Assembly: GCA_964247055.1 (NCBI GenBank)
Contig: OZ176059.1
Span: forward strand, 682,001 to 746,000
Origin: Paragordius varius
Lineage: Eukaryota > Animalia > Nematomorpha
Length of the DNA stretch: 64,000 bases
Direction: 5' to 3'
Below, piece after piece: positions 15,601 through 27,344 of this stretch. Position 1 is the stretch's first letter, and every line of letters begins with the position of its first letter. The translations under genes and the position numbers were made by a program. Below the pieces are notes generated by a model. It was not told the origin of the DNA, did no database searches, and saw only the letters and a program-made list of their open reading frames with translations.

Positions 15601-18600
15601 GTATATATAATCACTATTTTGTGCAAAGAATATTAATAAATATTTTTTCCTTATTATTAAGGTAAGAAATGGCATATTGAGATTCACTCAAGTGAGTGGA
15701 AACGAAAAGGGTGAGTATCAATGCATGTGCTCCAATTCGGCCGGGACTTCAACCCTAACCATAACACTGGATATAGAGGGTACTTGGATTTTTTATATTT
15801 AACATATCTGCTATATTAATATTCAATTATGGGAGAAATAGCCCCCAAAGTGTTAATAAACTTTAATATTTAACTCTACGTTTGGTTTTTAAATTCAAGT
15901 TATGAACTTTTATTTGAAAATTAATATTTTTAACATTTTTTTCCATTTTTATCGATACAGGAGTACCAGTTCTGACAATTACACCCTCTGGGCCTATCCG
16001 AGCCAAAACAGGGGATAATATAACGCTTGAATGTACAGCCGAGGGTGATCCAACACCTAGCATAAATTGGTATAATTAAATTTTTATGATCTATTTGCAT
16101 CTGTTCCATTATACTTTAAAATATTATGTTAATGCAATGGTTCCCAACCTTTTCTTTGTTCACGCCTCTAAGCCTAAATTTCTCTCTAGTTTTCTTGATA
16201 AATTGAATCAAGGCTGATTTTAATATAAATTATATGAGAAAAACTTATTATAATAGTAAACATTATGTTTATTAACATAAATTTAATGTTTCTCCCCATA
16301 TAAGCCCCTTTTAACAACTACTAAGTTAATAAATTGCAAATATCATAGCATGTTGATTATGGCATATGGTGTGCGCTTCCATTTGTCTATAAAATAAATT
16401 AACAAAAATATCTAGAAAATATATAGGATAAATAAATATTGGATAGCCATATAATCTAGTTTTAAACCCGTCACTAGTGTAGTGTGTTGTAATACTTCTA
16501 GTTAGTAATTGTAATGTTTAACTATATGCTAAAGTGAAACAAATTTACTAGGTTATTACCCAAACACATAAACCAAGAGGAACGAGATGCTGCTTACAGA
16601 CAACAAATTGATGGTTATGGGTATGGGGTTGGGGTTGGTGACATTGATTACGATGATTATACCAGGTTGGATGATATATTGCCCCCAGGTTCCACATCCC
16701 TCGAAAATGATAACCATGCTAACCATGCAAACGAGCTATTGGACTCCAATGGGGCCGTTGAGGTTAGGCGTGGGGATATTCCATCCATATCTCGCATTTT
16801 CGATATCATGGATCTAAGGCCATCCGATTCGGGTCGTTATGTTTGTGTGGCCAAAAATGCTTTGGGCACGGCCCAAGAATATGTACAGCTAATAGGTGAA
16901 CATTTTTACGCAAAAAAACTTTTTTTTAACGTCTACCATTTATTTTCCAATTTATAATTATTGGTATTGAGAAAAATGGTTAAATGCAATGTTATAATTT
17001 TATTAACTTTAATTCGGTGTTTAATACAGTATTTCTTTATAATTATGTAACATAGTTGGTGATGATGATACAAATGAAGTTTCACACAGTAACATTGTTA
17101 GTATAAAACCAAGGATTCATAAAGTCAAAAGTGGGGAAAAAGCTAGCTTAACTTGTCACATAGCTGATGGTAAATAACGCTTATAATTGTTAATTTTTTC
17201 AAATATATTTCCCATAAAATTATTTTTTAAATAATAATATATAAATATTATTTTCATTAAATTTAGGTCACCACGGATATAAAATTGAATGGAACAGGCA
17301 AAAGGGTTATTTCTTCCCTCGAAGCTATTACATAATTGATGATGGACATACATTTATAATTCCAAACGTTTCGCTAAGAGACTCTGGTGACTATATATGT
17401 CATGTCACATTAGTAAATGGCGAATCGTTATACGGTCTTACTACTGTGCAAGTTTCACGTAATATATATTTGTCACACCAAAATTCTACTAATATGCCAA
17501 TTACACATTAAATTCACCCCCCAAACATCTCAAATACAAACTTTAACATTATAAATTTAAAATAATATGCGGGTTTGAGCTAAAATTATATTTGATATTA
17601 AATATTTGATTTTATTATTTTTATTAGGATTTTTCGTTAATGCAAAATTACAGAAATTTATGTTTTTAGGTGTCCTGTTTTGGTAAATTTTTATTTTTGT
17701 ATATCAAAAAATTAAAATTTCTTGTATTTTTATTTTTTATAAAAATTGACAAAAAAAGCAATTGTTATAAAGAAAAAATACACCGAAATCAGATATTTAC
17801 TGTCAATATGAGTCAAAATAGACCAAAACATATAATTAGGGTGGGTATGAAATCTTTATGGATGAATTAAAAGTGTTAAAGGGTGAATTTGATGTGTAAA
17901 TAGTATATTACTTTTATAAGTTACAATTTTGTAAATTATACTATATTTAATTCCTAATACCATCCGCACCTTAATTTACAAATTTAAGGTTAGAATAACT
18001 ATATTTCCTGGATATATTTTAAGTTGATTTATTAAAGGTAAAATTGAATTGATGGTCTCTCCAGCATCTCAGAGAGTGGTAGAAGGTCAACCATTTACAA
18101 TTGCATGTACGGCAAAAATATTGAATATTCCTAATAATTCATTCAATGATGATGAAGGGGACAATGATAACTTTGTTAAACTTAAATGGGAAAAGGTAAA
18201 AATAAATTCTTATACGGATGATTCTGAATATATTTTAATTTTAACATATAATTTTTATGTTTGACAACATTTTTTTGAAATTTTCCATTAGATAATTGTC
18301 TTAGAATTGGGGATTAACGATTATTTTGGAGATTTATAAATTAAAAATCTTTGTCTGTTGACATATTGTGTTTTTCACGCCATTAGGAAAGTTAAACGTT
18401 TATTTAACCATTTATGCATTATGTTCTGTAAGTTTTAAGGATAGTTGTAGGTTTAATATTGGTTTTAAGTACTGTTGCAAAGGCAAGCTAAGGTTATATA
18501 CATTTAATATTGTATTCATTTTGACCAAAATTACCAAAATATAATGTACAGCCAAAAAAGTAACATAATTTGAACAAAACCGATTTTATAACCTACCTAT

Positions 18601-21600
18601 CAATTAAAATGTTTAACGAATATAAAATTATTTAGTGGGTTTGAGACTATGGATGCATTAATGCTTAAGACAACAACCCTGTTTATAAAAGTTAATTATT
18701 TATATATAGTTAATTGTATGTCGTTAAACCTTAAAGGTATTTTTTTTAAAAAACTATCATGTATTAGAATCATTATGCTTATTAGTATACTCATGTTAAA
18801 CATTTGCTGATTAAGCTAAAATACATATTTTGCCTCTATAAATAAATTTCATATCTTATATTTATTGTATCTGATAGACTCAAGGAACCGAACATGACAA
18901 TTCTGGACATGAGTCAAGGAAGGGAAATGAAAGAATCTTTACCGATTATAGCGGACTTTTAGAGGTTAGGTCGGCAAACCCTAGTCATAACGGATATTAC
19001 ACATGTTCAGGGACTGATGTTCATGGGAACCCATTTGAGGGAAATCAGGCCCGGGCTCACGTTTTAGTTGTTAAGAATCAGCATGGTGCACTCAATACCA
19101 ATTCTGATATAACCATTTTTGGTAATTAATTTTCGTCAATGCCATTTAATTTTTTGTGAATCTGTTTTTTATAAAAGACATCATAAGGTAGCTTAAAAGT
19201 TTAACCTCAATTTTGCGTAAATTTTAAGTTTTAGATAAGTTTGAAAAGTAACCGAACTAAGGTTGCTATCATTCTATGTATGGTGAACATTTTATATAAT
19301 GTCCATTGACACTAAAATTCCTAAAATTTTAAACTGTTTAAATATTAACAAAATAAAGTGAAAGAGTAGATATATAATATTCCAAAGTATGCATTGATTA
19401 AAAGAGATCCAACTCTATTTTATATTAATATATATGGTATTCATACTTTTTTATTATAAATAGTATTGAAAGTAAAATTTAAACAGTTAATCGATACAAA
19501 ATATACCCCTTTTTTCATGTTTAAAGTTCCATTTATATTTTTAGACAATGGAAATGATGTTGACAACGCCGTTGTTTCAAAACATGCTAATTTAATGAAT
19601 TCCCAAGAACAAACTCAGATTGACAACACTGAACATAGGCAAGAAATTGGCATGGCTTATAATCAAAAAGGGTAAAAATTAAAATATAAATATTAAATCT
19701 GCCTTACATTATGCATATAATTTATACTTATTTCTATAAAAACGAGATCTAGTGTAAGCCATTTCGGTATTATAAACGAACGGCTAAAAGAGGATTAAAT
19801 TACAATGTTTGTGGCCATTGTCTGGGTTTTTGTTTTTATTAGTTACATTTCTAATTAAAAACTGTATTTTTTCTCGATTACCGAAAATTTAACTAAATCA
19901 AACGAAAAATATCATACACTGCAGTAGACATATAAATAAATGCCCTTTTACCTCTTTAAAATACCGCAATGGCCTGTATATTTATAAATACTAAGGATGC
20001 TTTTTCCCCTCTACTAGCTTGACTTTGCTTTTCCTCGCGAGTAAGAATGTGCTTCGGACGATATACAAAATATTTAAACTTCATGTAAACAATGTGGTTA
20101 AATACATATTTTATTTGGGTTGAAGCTAGTTTCTTTAAAATAATTCATTCATATTATACGCTAAAAAATTTCAATTTAAACATCTACGATGGTTGGCGCA
20201 TTCAAATATCATTTATAAGTTCCAAAATAAGCATACTAAAAATCCTGCATTTTTTATTAGAATTAATACAGTACTTTTTATGTCCATTTAACATTAATGC
20301 TGGTCAATTCACATTATAGTCGGGCAATTAATAATAGCCCATGCTATTAAACAAATTTTGTCCATATTTTCAACCATTTGTTGTTTTTACCCATACTCTA
20401 TTATATTACCAATTGGCCACAGTAATGCGAATTTACCAATCAATAATGTGCATATTGTATTTTAAACATTAATTTATATTTAGTGAGGAAAACGAAATAA
20501 ATACGGGTGGAACACGCGGTTTTTCATTCTATAGAGGTTTGTACATATTTAAACCTTTTTCATCGATTAATAATCTCTTTTCATAATATAATTATATATA
20601 TATTTTGCAAATATAGAGTATAAATACGAGGGACCTGTTCATATGGGATCTCATATTAGTTCTAGTTCATATTCATACCATAACAGAACCATGAACGGTG
20701 TGAAACAAAATGGTTTAAATAACACTGTAACTCATAATTTCCATTCTCAACGCAATTCGTTAATGGCACATGATAAGCTTAACAATTTGATGTTATCTCC
20801 ATCATTGGAAGATACATCAAAAAATTATAAGATTATACGTAATCGTAATAAATTTGATAGAAATAATCAAGACAGCCCGAAATTGAACGATTTTAGGTAT
20901 GAATAAATTTAATAAATTTGTTTTATAATAATACTATCTTGAATAATTGCAAATTTTATAAATTATCAATTAGATCAAATAGCTATTTATTGCCGTCACA
21001 TAACCAACAACTAGTATCTCGACAACTATTTGACAAATTAATGTCATCAGATTTATCAGCATCGGAATCAAGTACTCATTCAAAGAGGTTAGCTCTTCCA
21101 TTATCCCATGCTTCGAAAATGCGTCATGAACAAAAATGTACATATATTTATATGTGTTAACGTCTATATTAACCTTATTTAGTTGATTATTTTGTAAAGT
21201 ATACCATTTACATTTCAAATGTACCCTCAAACAAGTCAAATTCACCCTATAAATGATGTGTGTTTTAAAGATTAAAAATTTTCCATATTTTTAAAAATTA
21301 AAATTTGTTTAAAATTAAATAATACTGAAAAATAATAAACTATGCCATAAGGATATATTTTATATTAATAATGAGTTATATGAGCCCCAAAACACAGAAT
21401 TTATTTTTAGGGTGAGTTTGAATTGTTCGAGGGTAAATTTGAATTGTTTAAGGGTGAAAATAATTGTATAACATTATGTCCATCATTATTCTCGAATTCA
21501 TTTTTAAGGTATTTTATATTCTATATTTGCATTGCGCCTGCTTAAGTTTTATCGATTGGGCGTTTTAGGTTTAATATGTTATTTGCATGCATTTATCGTT

Positions 21601-23910
21601 GTTTTTTTAGCATCGATATATCAAGGTTTAATTCTAAGGTAATTAATAATAATTGTTTAATTTGTTGCTTTATATTTCATTGATATCCAACTTGGTCAAA
21701 TAATTATTTTCCAGTGAATTTCGTCAGAGCGGATTAAGGTGACTTTTGTCAGATTAAATTGAATTCCTAGGGCAATATTCCATTATACATATATTATTTT
21801 ATTATGCTTTAAATATTGGCCTCAGAACCATTCTGAATTCTGTTTGTATAGATTAGATGAGATAAAGCCTTTTATAAATCCAGAAAGGAGTGTAAATATT
21901 TGAATGTGATAGCGAAAGAAATGCAAAAGTTAAAAATTTGATTAGCTATTTATTTATATTATGTGATAAAATTTCGCAAAACGTTTCCAACGAATTAATT
22001 GGTTTGAAATCTGGCTTCTCACTCTAGTCACGGGCTTTTGCCATTCAACTTAATTTGTCGAAACAATACAGACTCGTCGACAATATCTACCAAAGTTGAT
22101 TCTGGAACCCTTACATTTAAATCACTCTTTAATCGTAATCAGTTAATTTTATGAATTTACCCGCATTTCCTTATCATTATCATCACTTGATTATTCCCCA
22201 TCATACGATCTTAACCCCACCAACTATCCGCTTTCTTATAAGGAATTGTCAATCCACTGCTATCCTCTAAAATCTTAGTAAACAGATTTGTACCTACTGG
22301 CCCATATCACCATCAATTCCATTGCTTTCTAATGTAGCTGTGCAAAGTAAGTCGCCACTATAACATTAAAATTGGTGCAAAAATCTTCTGTGGGACTATT
22401 TCCATTTTACTTCATCTAACGGCACCAGGTAAAGGAAATTCAGTTTTGGAATATGGCTTAGTGGAAGTAATAAAAATTTTTCCCTACCTCATCGTCAGGC
22501 TCAATGAGTTTGCCTTTCATTTTTTCGATAGATGTGATATAATCTTCCAAGCTTGTTTTATATAATACCCTACAATAGTTTTTTCTTTGATTGACTGATG
22601 CCAGATGAGATTACAAACTAATAAAACAATGATTTAATTTACGTAATCGGGTCCATATATCAAAATCGATATGTTTCACATCTTTGTATTTGATTTTGAT
22701 TCCTTTTTTTCAAATATATTCCGTGGTATACTCTTTTTGTTCTTGTAACAGTGTATCCCCACCCGATTTGCCTGATGTAACGCCAAAATCTCGCCTGTGA
22801 TTAAAAGGTTAATATATAGGAGCTGGTACCACCAATCAAGGCTTCGTTACTTGATTGAACGAGTCAACAACTTCTTTCATCAAAGTTGCAGTTTGTTAGA
22901 ACTGTATATTGTATAGTATTGTGTTGCAACCTGAAAGCGATGAAACCAGTGTTATATTGTTGTTGCGAGTTAAATTACCCGCCAGAAAATTTCGTGGTAG
23001 GTCCTACGTTAGGCAGGACGGGTGTTTTGCCCGTTAAAACAGAGAACCCAACCTGGAGGAAAACTTATAAATACATATTGAATTTTTAATATAAATATTT
23101 TGATTTAACAATTATATGATCTATCATTGTATTATTGGTAGCTGTTTTGCCAGAGTCGTGCTTTGATAATGGATATGTCCGTCTTAAAATGGGAATTATA
23201 ACCTACATTTATTATTTAAATTAAAACACCAATTTTTATACATATATTTTCAAAAACTGCAATCAAAATTCTAGGTAGACAGGTAATATTACCACGGTAA
23301 CAATTAACTATTCTTTTCCGCAAATGAAGCAGAGTGCATATTCATTATTTAATGTTGGTTAATAAGAGATGTATTGCGCCACTTTAATAATTCTGACTTA
23401 ATTTTCCATTCGCCAACGGAAGCTTGCTCAACTGTTTAATAAAAGTGTCCTCTTTATTTGTATTTAAACTGTTTGTTCATGTCTAGTCATGTTGTCATGT
23501 CAAAATACCATGTTGTATTTCATCTAATATAAACAAACAACCCTTTCATATGTCAAAAATTTTACCATGATCTTCTCTTTACTTTCTATCATAGCTTTAA
23601 AAAATTCGTTAAAGATAAATTTATCATCAAGTTAAAATCGATAGCAATATTAATTTTCTATTGCATATGGCCGCTTTATCTTTGTTAGACATAAAAACAT
23701 TTATTAAATTTGAAGGCATGCACATGACACTTAAATTTTACCCATCTCATTGCGCCACATCTTCGATAAAAATTTGATTTGCGACATATTGAATATAGCA
23801 TAATTAATAAAGTTAAACAATTTTAAATTAGAGTAGAGAGACATTTATGCAATTTATTAGTATAATATTGCATTTGCAATAACTAAAGTTTAATAGAAAT
23901 TTAAATTATT

Positions 23911-23942
<32 letters not shown>

Positions 23943-24263
23943 ATCTTAACTAAGTTCGAATTGATTAATACAATTTAATGTGTGTAATAGATTAATTGAG
24001 CGATATGCAAAAGCGGATGCAAGGTTTTATTAGCTGGTTCAGGATTCAAATTTAGCTTTTTAAATTTTAATGACAATATTTTCTGGCAGCTGTATTTGCG
24101 AGCAGTATAGTTGGGTTTTCTCAATCATGAGGGATTGTTTAAATTAATTTTGTTTTGCTTAAAGCACTATTGTGTATCGTATTTGTTTGTAATTTTTTGG
24201 AGGTTTTATTTTTATCCATTAGGTAATAAGCCAGATTATACTTAAATCAGACTATACTATTCT

Positions 24264-24294
<31 letters not shown>

Positions 24295-24462
24295 CATGGA
24301 ATATCACAAACATAATTTTTATATTTTATACTATAATAATTAATATTAGATGACAACAATCCAATTTTTGTAGAAAAAAGGGAATCCTCACCGTTCAACG
24401 ATCACATTCGTTACCAATTTTTTCTGGACAAAACGAATAAAAAAACGGTTTTTGCGGCATAA
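342..24462 (+). CDS. HSPG2: Perlecan-like basement-membrane proteoglycan core protein (unc-52/trol/HSPG2 family), 5'-partial; LE-L4-LE-LE-LE followed by 7 Ig domains and a low-complexity tail
   Basis: Exons with GT-AG and consistent phases (5215 nt): 342-490, 1538-1692, 2898-3038, 3391-3654, 4142-4228, 4814-4900, 5136-5254, 5339-5462, 6060-6185, 6297-6400, 7668-7757, 8502-8578, 8931-9067, 9244-9264, 9803-10007, 10505-10713, 10815-10941, 11364-11721, 12167-12500, 14265-14382, 15065-15231, 15662-15779, 15961-16069, 16552-16895, 17056-17169, 17267-17458, 18038-18195, 18878-19121, 19545-19671, 20484-20536, 20617-20896, 20974-21137, 24350-24462. Perlecan-type motifs: FSPTC..CPPGYSGKRCERCAPGYEG, GCIACFCSG, FLGNRITSYGG, ATREDLMTVLSNI, VEECRCPNGYTGLSCE, repeated D.G.Y.C Ig motifs. 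An L4/LE block followed directly by Ig repeats is the perlecan domain III-IV arrangement. The last exon (24350-24462) is less certain; the alternative is a stop at 21160. Confidence 0.9.
511..800. mobile_element. MITE family B (TA-flanked, TIR CAGTAAAAATTGAAATTATACGGACAAAACG; Tc1/mariner-like)
   Basis: Long imperfect inverted repeats. Other copies: 9463-9784, 15273-15553, 34024-34319, ~36390-36677, ~47397-47590, 49046-49319, 50158-50457, half copy ~32705. Confidence 0.8.
2375..2865. mobile_element. MITE family A2 (TIR TATACCATTTnCACTTCAAGAGTGTCCTT)
   Basis: Near-perfect ~28-bp TIR; second copy at 33131-33571. Confidence 0.8.
4342..4632. mobile_element. hAT-type MITE with perfect 8-bp TSD
   Basis: TIR CAGGGGTGTCAA-CAC / GTGTTTGACATCCCTC; TSD GTTTAGCA at 4334-4341 and 4633-4640. 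Confidence 0.9.
5637..5960. mobile_element. MITE family A (TIR TATACCATTTACA; subterminal ~20-bp AAATTCACCCTTAAACAATT repeats)
   Basis: Most abundant repeat. Other copies: ~8199-8455, 12566-12787, 17493-17906, 21200-21470, ~32220-32480, ~35494-35714, ~35895-36189, 40583-40830, 45651-45945, 47591-47894, 48751-49020, ~49500-49697, 53751-54128. Confidence 0.85.
6655..6702. repeat. (TA)n microsatellite
   Basis: Direct reading. Other (TA)n tracts at ~4064-4105, 7378-7399, 23925-23941, 24267-24293; (TA)n(GA)n at 49984-50022. Confidence 0.9.
7401..7630. mobile_element. MITE family E (CAGTCATGTATCC..., ~78-bp TIR) inserted in a (TA)n tract
   Basis: CAGTCATGTATCCTTTATTTTATC...AAGAATGG versus CCATTCTT...GATAAAATAAAGGATACTTGACTG. 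Confidence 0.85.
9463..9784. mobile_element. MITE family B copy
   Basis: ta|CAGTAAAAATTGAAATTATACGGAC ... GTCCGTATAGTTTC...TTTTTACGG|ta. Confidence 0.85.
12566..12787. mobile_element. MITE family A copy
   Basis: TATACCATTTACAATTC ... GAACTGTAAATGGTAA. Confidence 0.85.
13560..14140 (-). pseudogene. Decayed non-LTR retrotransposon reverse-transcriptase fragment
   Basis: Frameshifted remnants QQGFA-PPLF (cf. PQGS.LSP.LF), KILGIK*D (cf. KYLG..D) and KGLMYSVID-YG (cf. YKALIRS.LDYG), in the expected order. Confidence 0.5.
14627..15003 (-). mobile_element. 5'-truncated RTE-clade LINE 3' end with (TATC)n tail
   Basis: Minus frame LCETWQIS*TQENMLDNMEQRMI...ISKYIQIRRFSYYCHIQRLGNNNWIKIITNF*P..NRVGHPAITWDKNITQDL resembles RTE ORF2 C-terminus (CETW; RRL.W.GH..R; GRP..W...I..DL); ends in a microsatellite at 14627-14650. 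Confidence 0.8.
15273..15553. mobile_element. MITE family B copy
   Basis: Same TIR as 9463-9784. Confidence 0.8.
17493..17906. mobile_element. MITE family A variant with a different internal sequence
   Basis: TATGCCAATTACACATTAAATTCACCC / GGGTGAATTTGATGTGTAAATAGTATA. Confidence 0.65.
21200..21470. mobile_element. MITE family A copy
   Basis: TATACCATTTACA start and the family internal sequence. Confidence 0.8.
21480..22900 (-). pseudogene. Decayed, internally deleted LINE ORF2 (RT region) in the last perlecan intron
   Basis: Minus-strand remnants KGKLIEPDDEVGKNFYYF, DFKPINSLETFCEILSHNINK*LIKFL (cf. NYRPISLL..SKI.E.IIN.RL..FL; plus-strand ~21935-22015), FLDL*KA (cf. FLDLSKAFD; ~21867-21886), FNLTKVTLI; outer limits approximate. 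Confidence 0.65.
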
Positions 24463-27292
24463 GAGTTATTATAATTAAAAAAATCAAAATATTTACCGAA
24501 GTTAAACGCATGTAACTTTCATCCTTATTATAATTCCTATTTTATTATGATGACTTATTATATTAAGAGTGCCTATATACATAGATAACATTTTTTATGA
24601 CATTGTTTTAACGCATATTTTTTTAGTAATTTGTATTATCCCATATATATAGATGATACTTTTACTACTAACCTAACCTGCATTTATAAAAGCATTTTTA
24701 TAAATATTATATATGTATAATAATTAATTAATAGTCATTTATGAATATTTTGGTAATATTCATAATGTTATCTAATCATTCATATTTCTAATCAATCATT
24801 TCATTTTTGAATCTCATCACTTATACATCCATGCATTTAAATTGTTTAACATTTTTTTTTGATTAAATAAAAATACTTTCTTTTGTTTTTTGGAGTTATT
24901 AATGACCATAAAATGGAATAAATTGATTGACTTTTTATTAAACTCATGTGTTAAATTTTTATATACATATATCAAACTATATGCAGATTTTTATGATTAT
25001 CAATATTATGACTATTTAATTTTTTTAAAATACATTTCTTGTTGACCCCATCCATTTAGTTCTGTTGCATTTTAGTTATCAATAAATTTGAACATAAATA
25101 CTTTTTACGCTTGATTTTTGTTCCAACATTTAAAATTAATTTTATTTTAGCGTTACCATATCAATAGTCACTGGGACTAAAACAAAATGATAATTTGCGT
25201 TTAAGGTAATTTTCAGAAAAAGTTGTTCAAATAAATATGATCAGCCTATGCATAAAAGAGACGCTATAATTATATTTCAAGGATTTACACGTTTTCCCGA
25301 AATTTGCTTAATTTACTTATTTTTTTCTTAATCCTAAAAACAAATCGTATAATCGGCTACTTTTATTATACTTCATAAGACAAATATAAGGCATTAATGA
25401 ATTATTGTGTTCTTATACGCTTGCCAAAAAATGGCTTAAAAAATATTTATGTCGACTTAGTTTTTTGCCAAAAACGCACTAATTTTACAAGGGGTAAAAC
25501 ACAAATTTAAATGGTGGCTCCACTAGGTTAGGCTAATTCATAAATATATTTTTAAATTTAATTCCTAAAGGATGTATTTGGAATTGCTTTGAAATTTTTC
25601 CTCGGTTTAATTAACTGTTCAAGCTTAACTTATAGCATTCAAAACAAATCCCATTTTCTGAAAATCGTACATTTTAAATGAAATTTTGAGACATATAATT
25701 TTTATTTATTTATCAAATCAAATAAAAAATATTTTTAAAATATCGTAAGAGTATCTATTTATGGACGCTTACTCTACTTCCAATATAAAAGAAGTACCAA
25801 TTATTATATAAATTCAAATATGTTTAAAACATACCCTATTATTAATAGCTTTGGGTAGTTGCTATATAAGATATTAAACATTAGTAATTTCTTATATCCC
25901 GAATTGCGTCAAAACCTCATTTTTAACACTCGATCCTTAAAGCGCTTTCCTGTACAAAAAAACCTAAATTGGTGATGTCGTGTAGCAAAAATATTCCATA
26001 CACTTTAAGCAAAAATGAGCTGACCGTTTGTTTTTATTATGATAACATAGAATTTTTATAAAATAATGTGTCTGGAACATTGGCCAAAAATAAAAATACG
26101 GCATCTTTTTTTCTTGACTGAAAAAGAATATTTGTTTAACTTTTGAATGTAACAGGGTTAAATGTTCACTATTCACGATAGTTCTGTGTTTCTTAGTGGA
26201 TGTTATCACTTAACTATAGCCCTTAGCTACAATTTAGTGTAACATAAGCGCATTTATTTGCGTTAAAAAAGTTATATAAAATAATTTAATTATATTTAAT
26301 ATTGGTCAAAATGTTAACCGAGTTCATGGCGCATTTAAAAATTTTAAGCTATTATCTTTTATATATAAAAAGTTGAAATATTATCCGTTATACAGGACTA
26401 ATTGATTTATTTTAAAAATTAAACGATCAAGGAAAAAAATCAGGCATTAACACCGTTAATGTATCCTGGAAAAATATGCCAGTTATTAAACTACCACTAA
26501 ATTAATTTAATCAGAAATAAATTCTTCGTAGATAACGACAATAACCTATTATAAATGATTACTAACTTATTAGCATTATAAGAGAGATGTTAATAAATTA
26601 TTTAATATTTGCATTAATAATTGTCTCAATGGAAGGTTATTATTAAATATATTACAATTAAAACAGAGCTTAAATTGCTTTAATAGCGATTAAAAAAAAT
26701 CAAATAATTTATCACTCCTATCATGTTTGTTGTTAGCGTTTATAATAAGAAAATATTTTAATAATTTTTAACGCCCATATTTTTGTCTCATTTTACAAGG
26801 GTAAATTAGAATTTCATGCGAAGAAAATTGATTGATATTTTATCTTTGGTTGAACTCACTCACTCATACATATTCATATTGTAATTAACCTTAAAACAGT
26901 ATTAAATAATTATTTTTTAAATAAAAAAAATAATCCATAGGGCAAAGGGCGGAGAACTTAAATAATTTATTTTTGAGATACTATAAAAACCCGCAAAATT
27001 TATGGGTAATTCACAATAAAAATTTTTTCTTTTAAATTAAGTTAACTAAATATATATTTAAAACATCTTTTGCCATAACTACGATTCTAATTAACTTAAT
27101 ATCCGAAAAGCGAAATTGGATCTTTTTTTCTAAAATTATCGGTAAGTATTTAAATCTTTTTCCTTTTAGAAATATTATAAATCCTAAAAGATTTTGTAAA
27201 CATTACGCGGAAACTTAACCTTATATTATAATTCAAAATTATATTATTATAATTTAAAAAAAAATTACCGTAATCCTCTTCTCCAATCATAC

Positions 27293-27300
27293 TATATAAA
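27293..27300 (+). promoter_or_regulatory. Candidate TATA box of the collagen gene
   Basis: TATATAAA 45 bp upstream of ATG 27345. The background is AT-rich, so support is weak. Confidence 0.4.
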
Positions 27301-27344
27301 TAATATACCATAGAAATTCAAAAGAGCAATTAAATTCAACAACT

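Larger units (their letters stand above)
8931..19121 (+). other. Perlecan domain IV part: seven I-set Ig domains
   Basis: Seven Cys...Trp...D.G.Y.C units: 8931-10007, 10505-10941, ~12360-14382, 15065-15779, 15961-16895, 17056-17458, 18038-19121. Confidence 0.85.

Noticed and set aside
22930-23060. GC-richer segment with small hairpins (GTAGGTCCTAC; ACGGG..CCCGT) at the 5' side of the decayed LINE, possibly an HDV-like ribozyme
   Set aside because: I could not build the nested double pseudoknot; it is most simply LINE 5' sequence.
23280-23800. Slightly higher-complexity stretch with a minus-strand ALCFICGK, possibly a hAT transposase zinc finger or lost LamG exons
   Set aside because: Only one short motif, many stops and no LamG pattern on the plus strand; it cannot be supported without a search.
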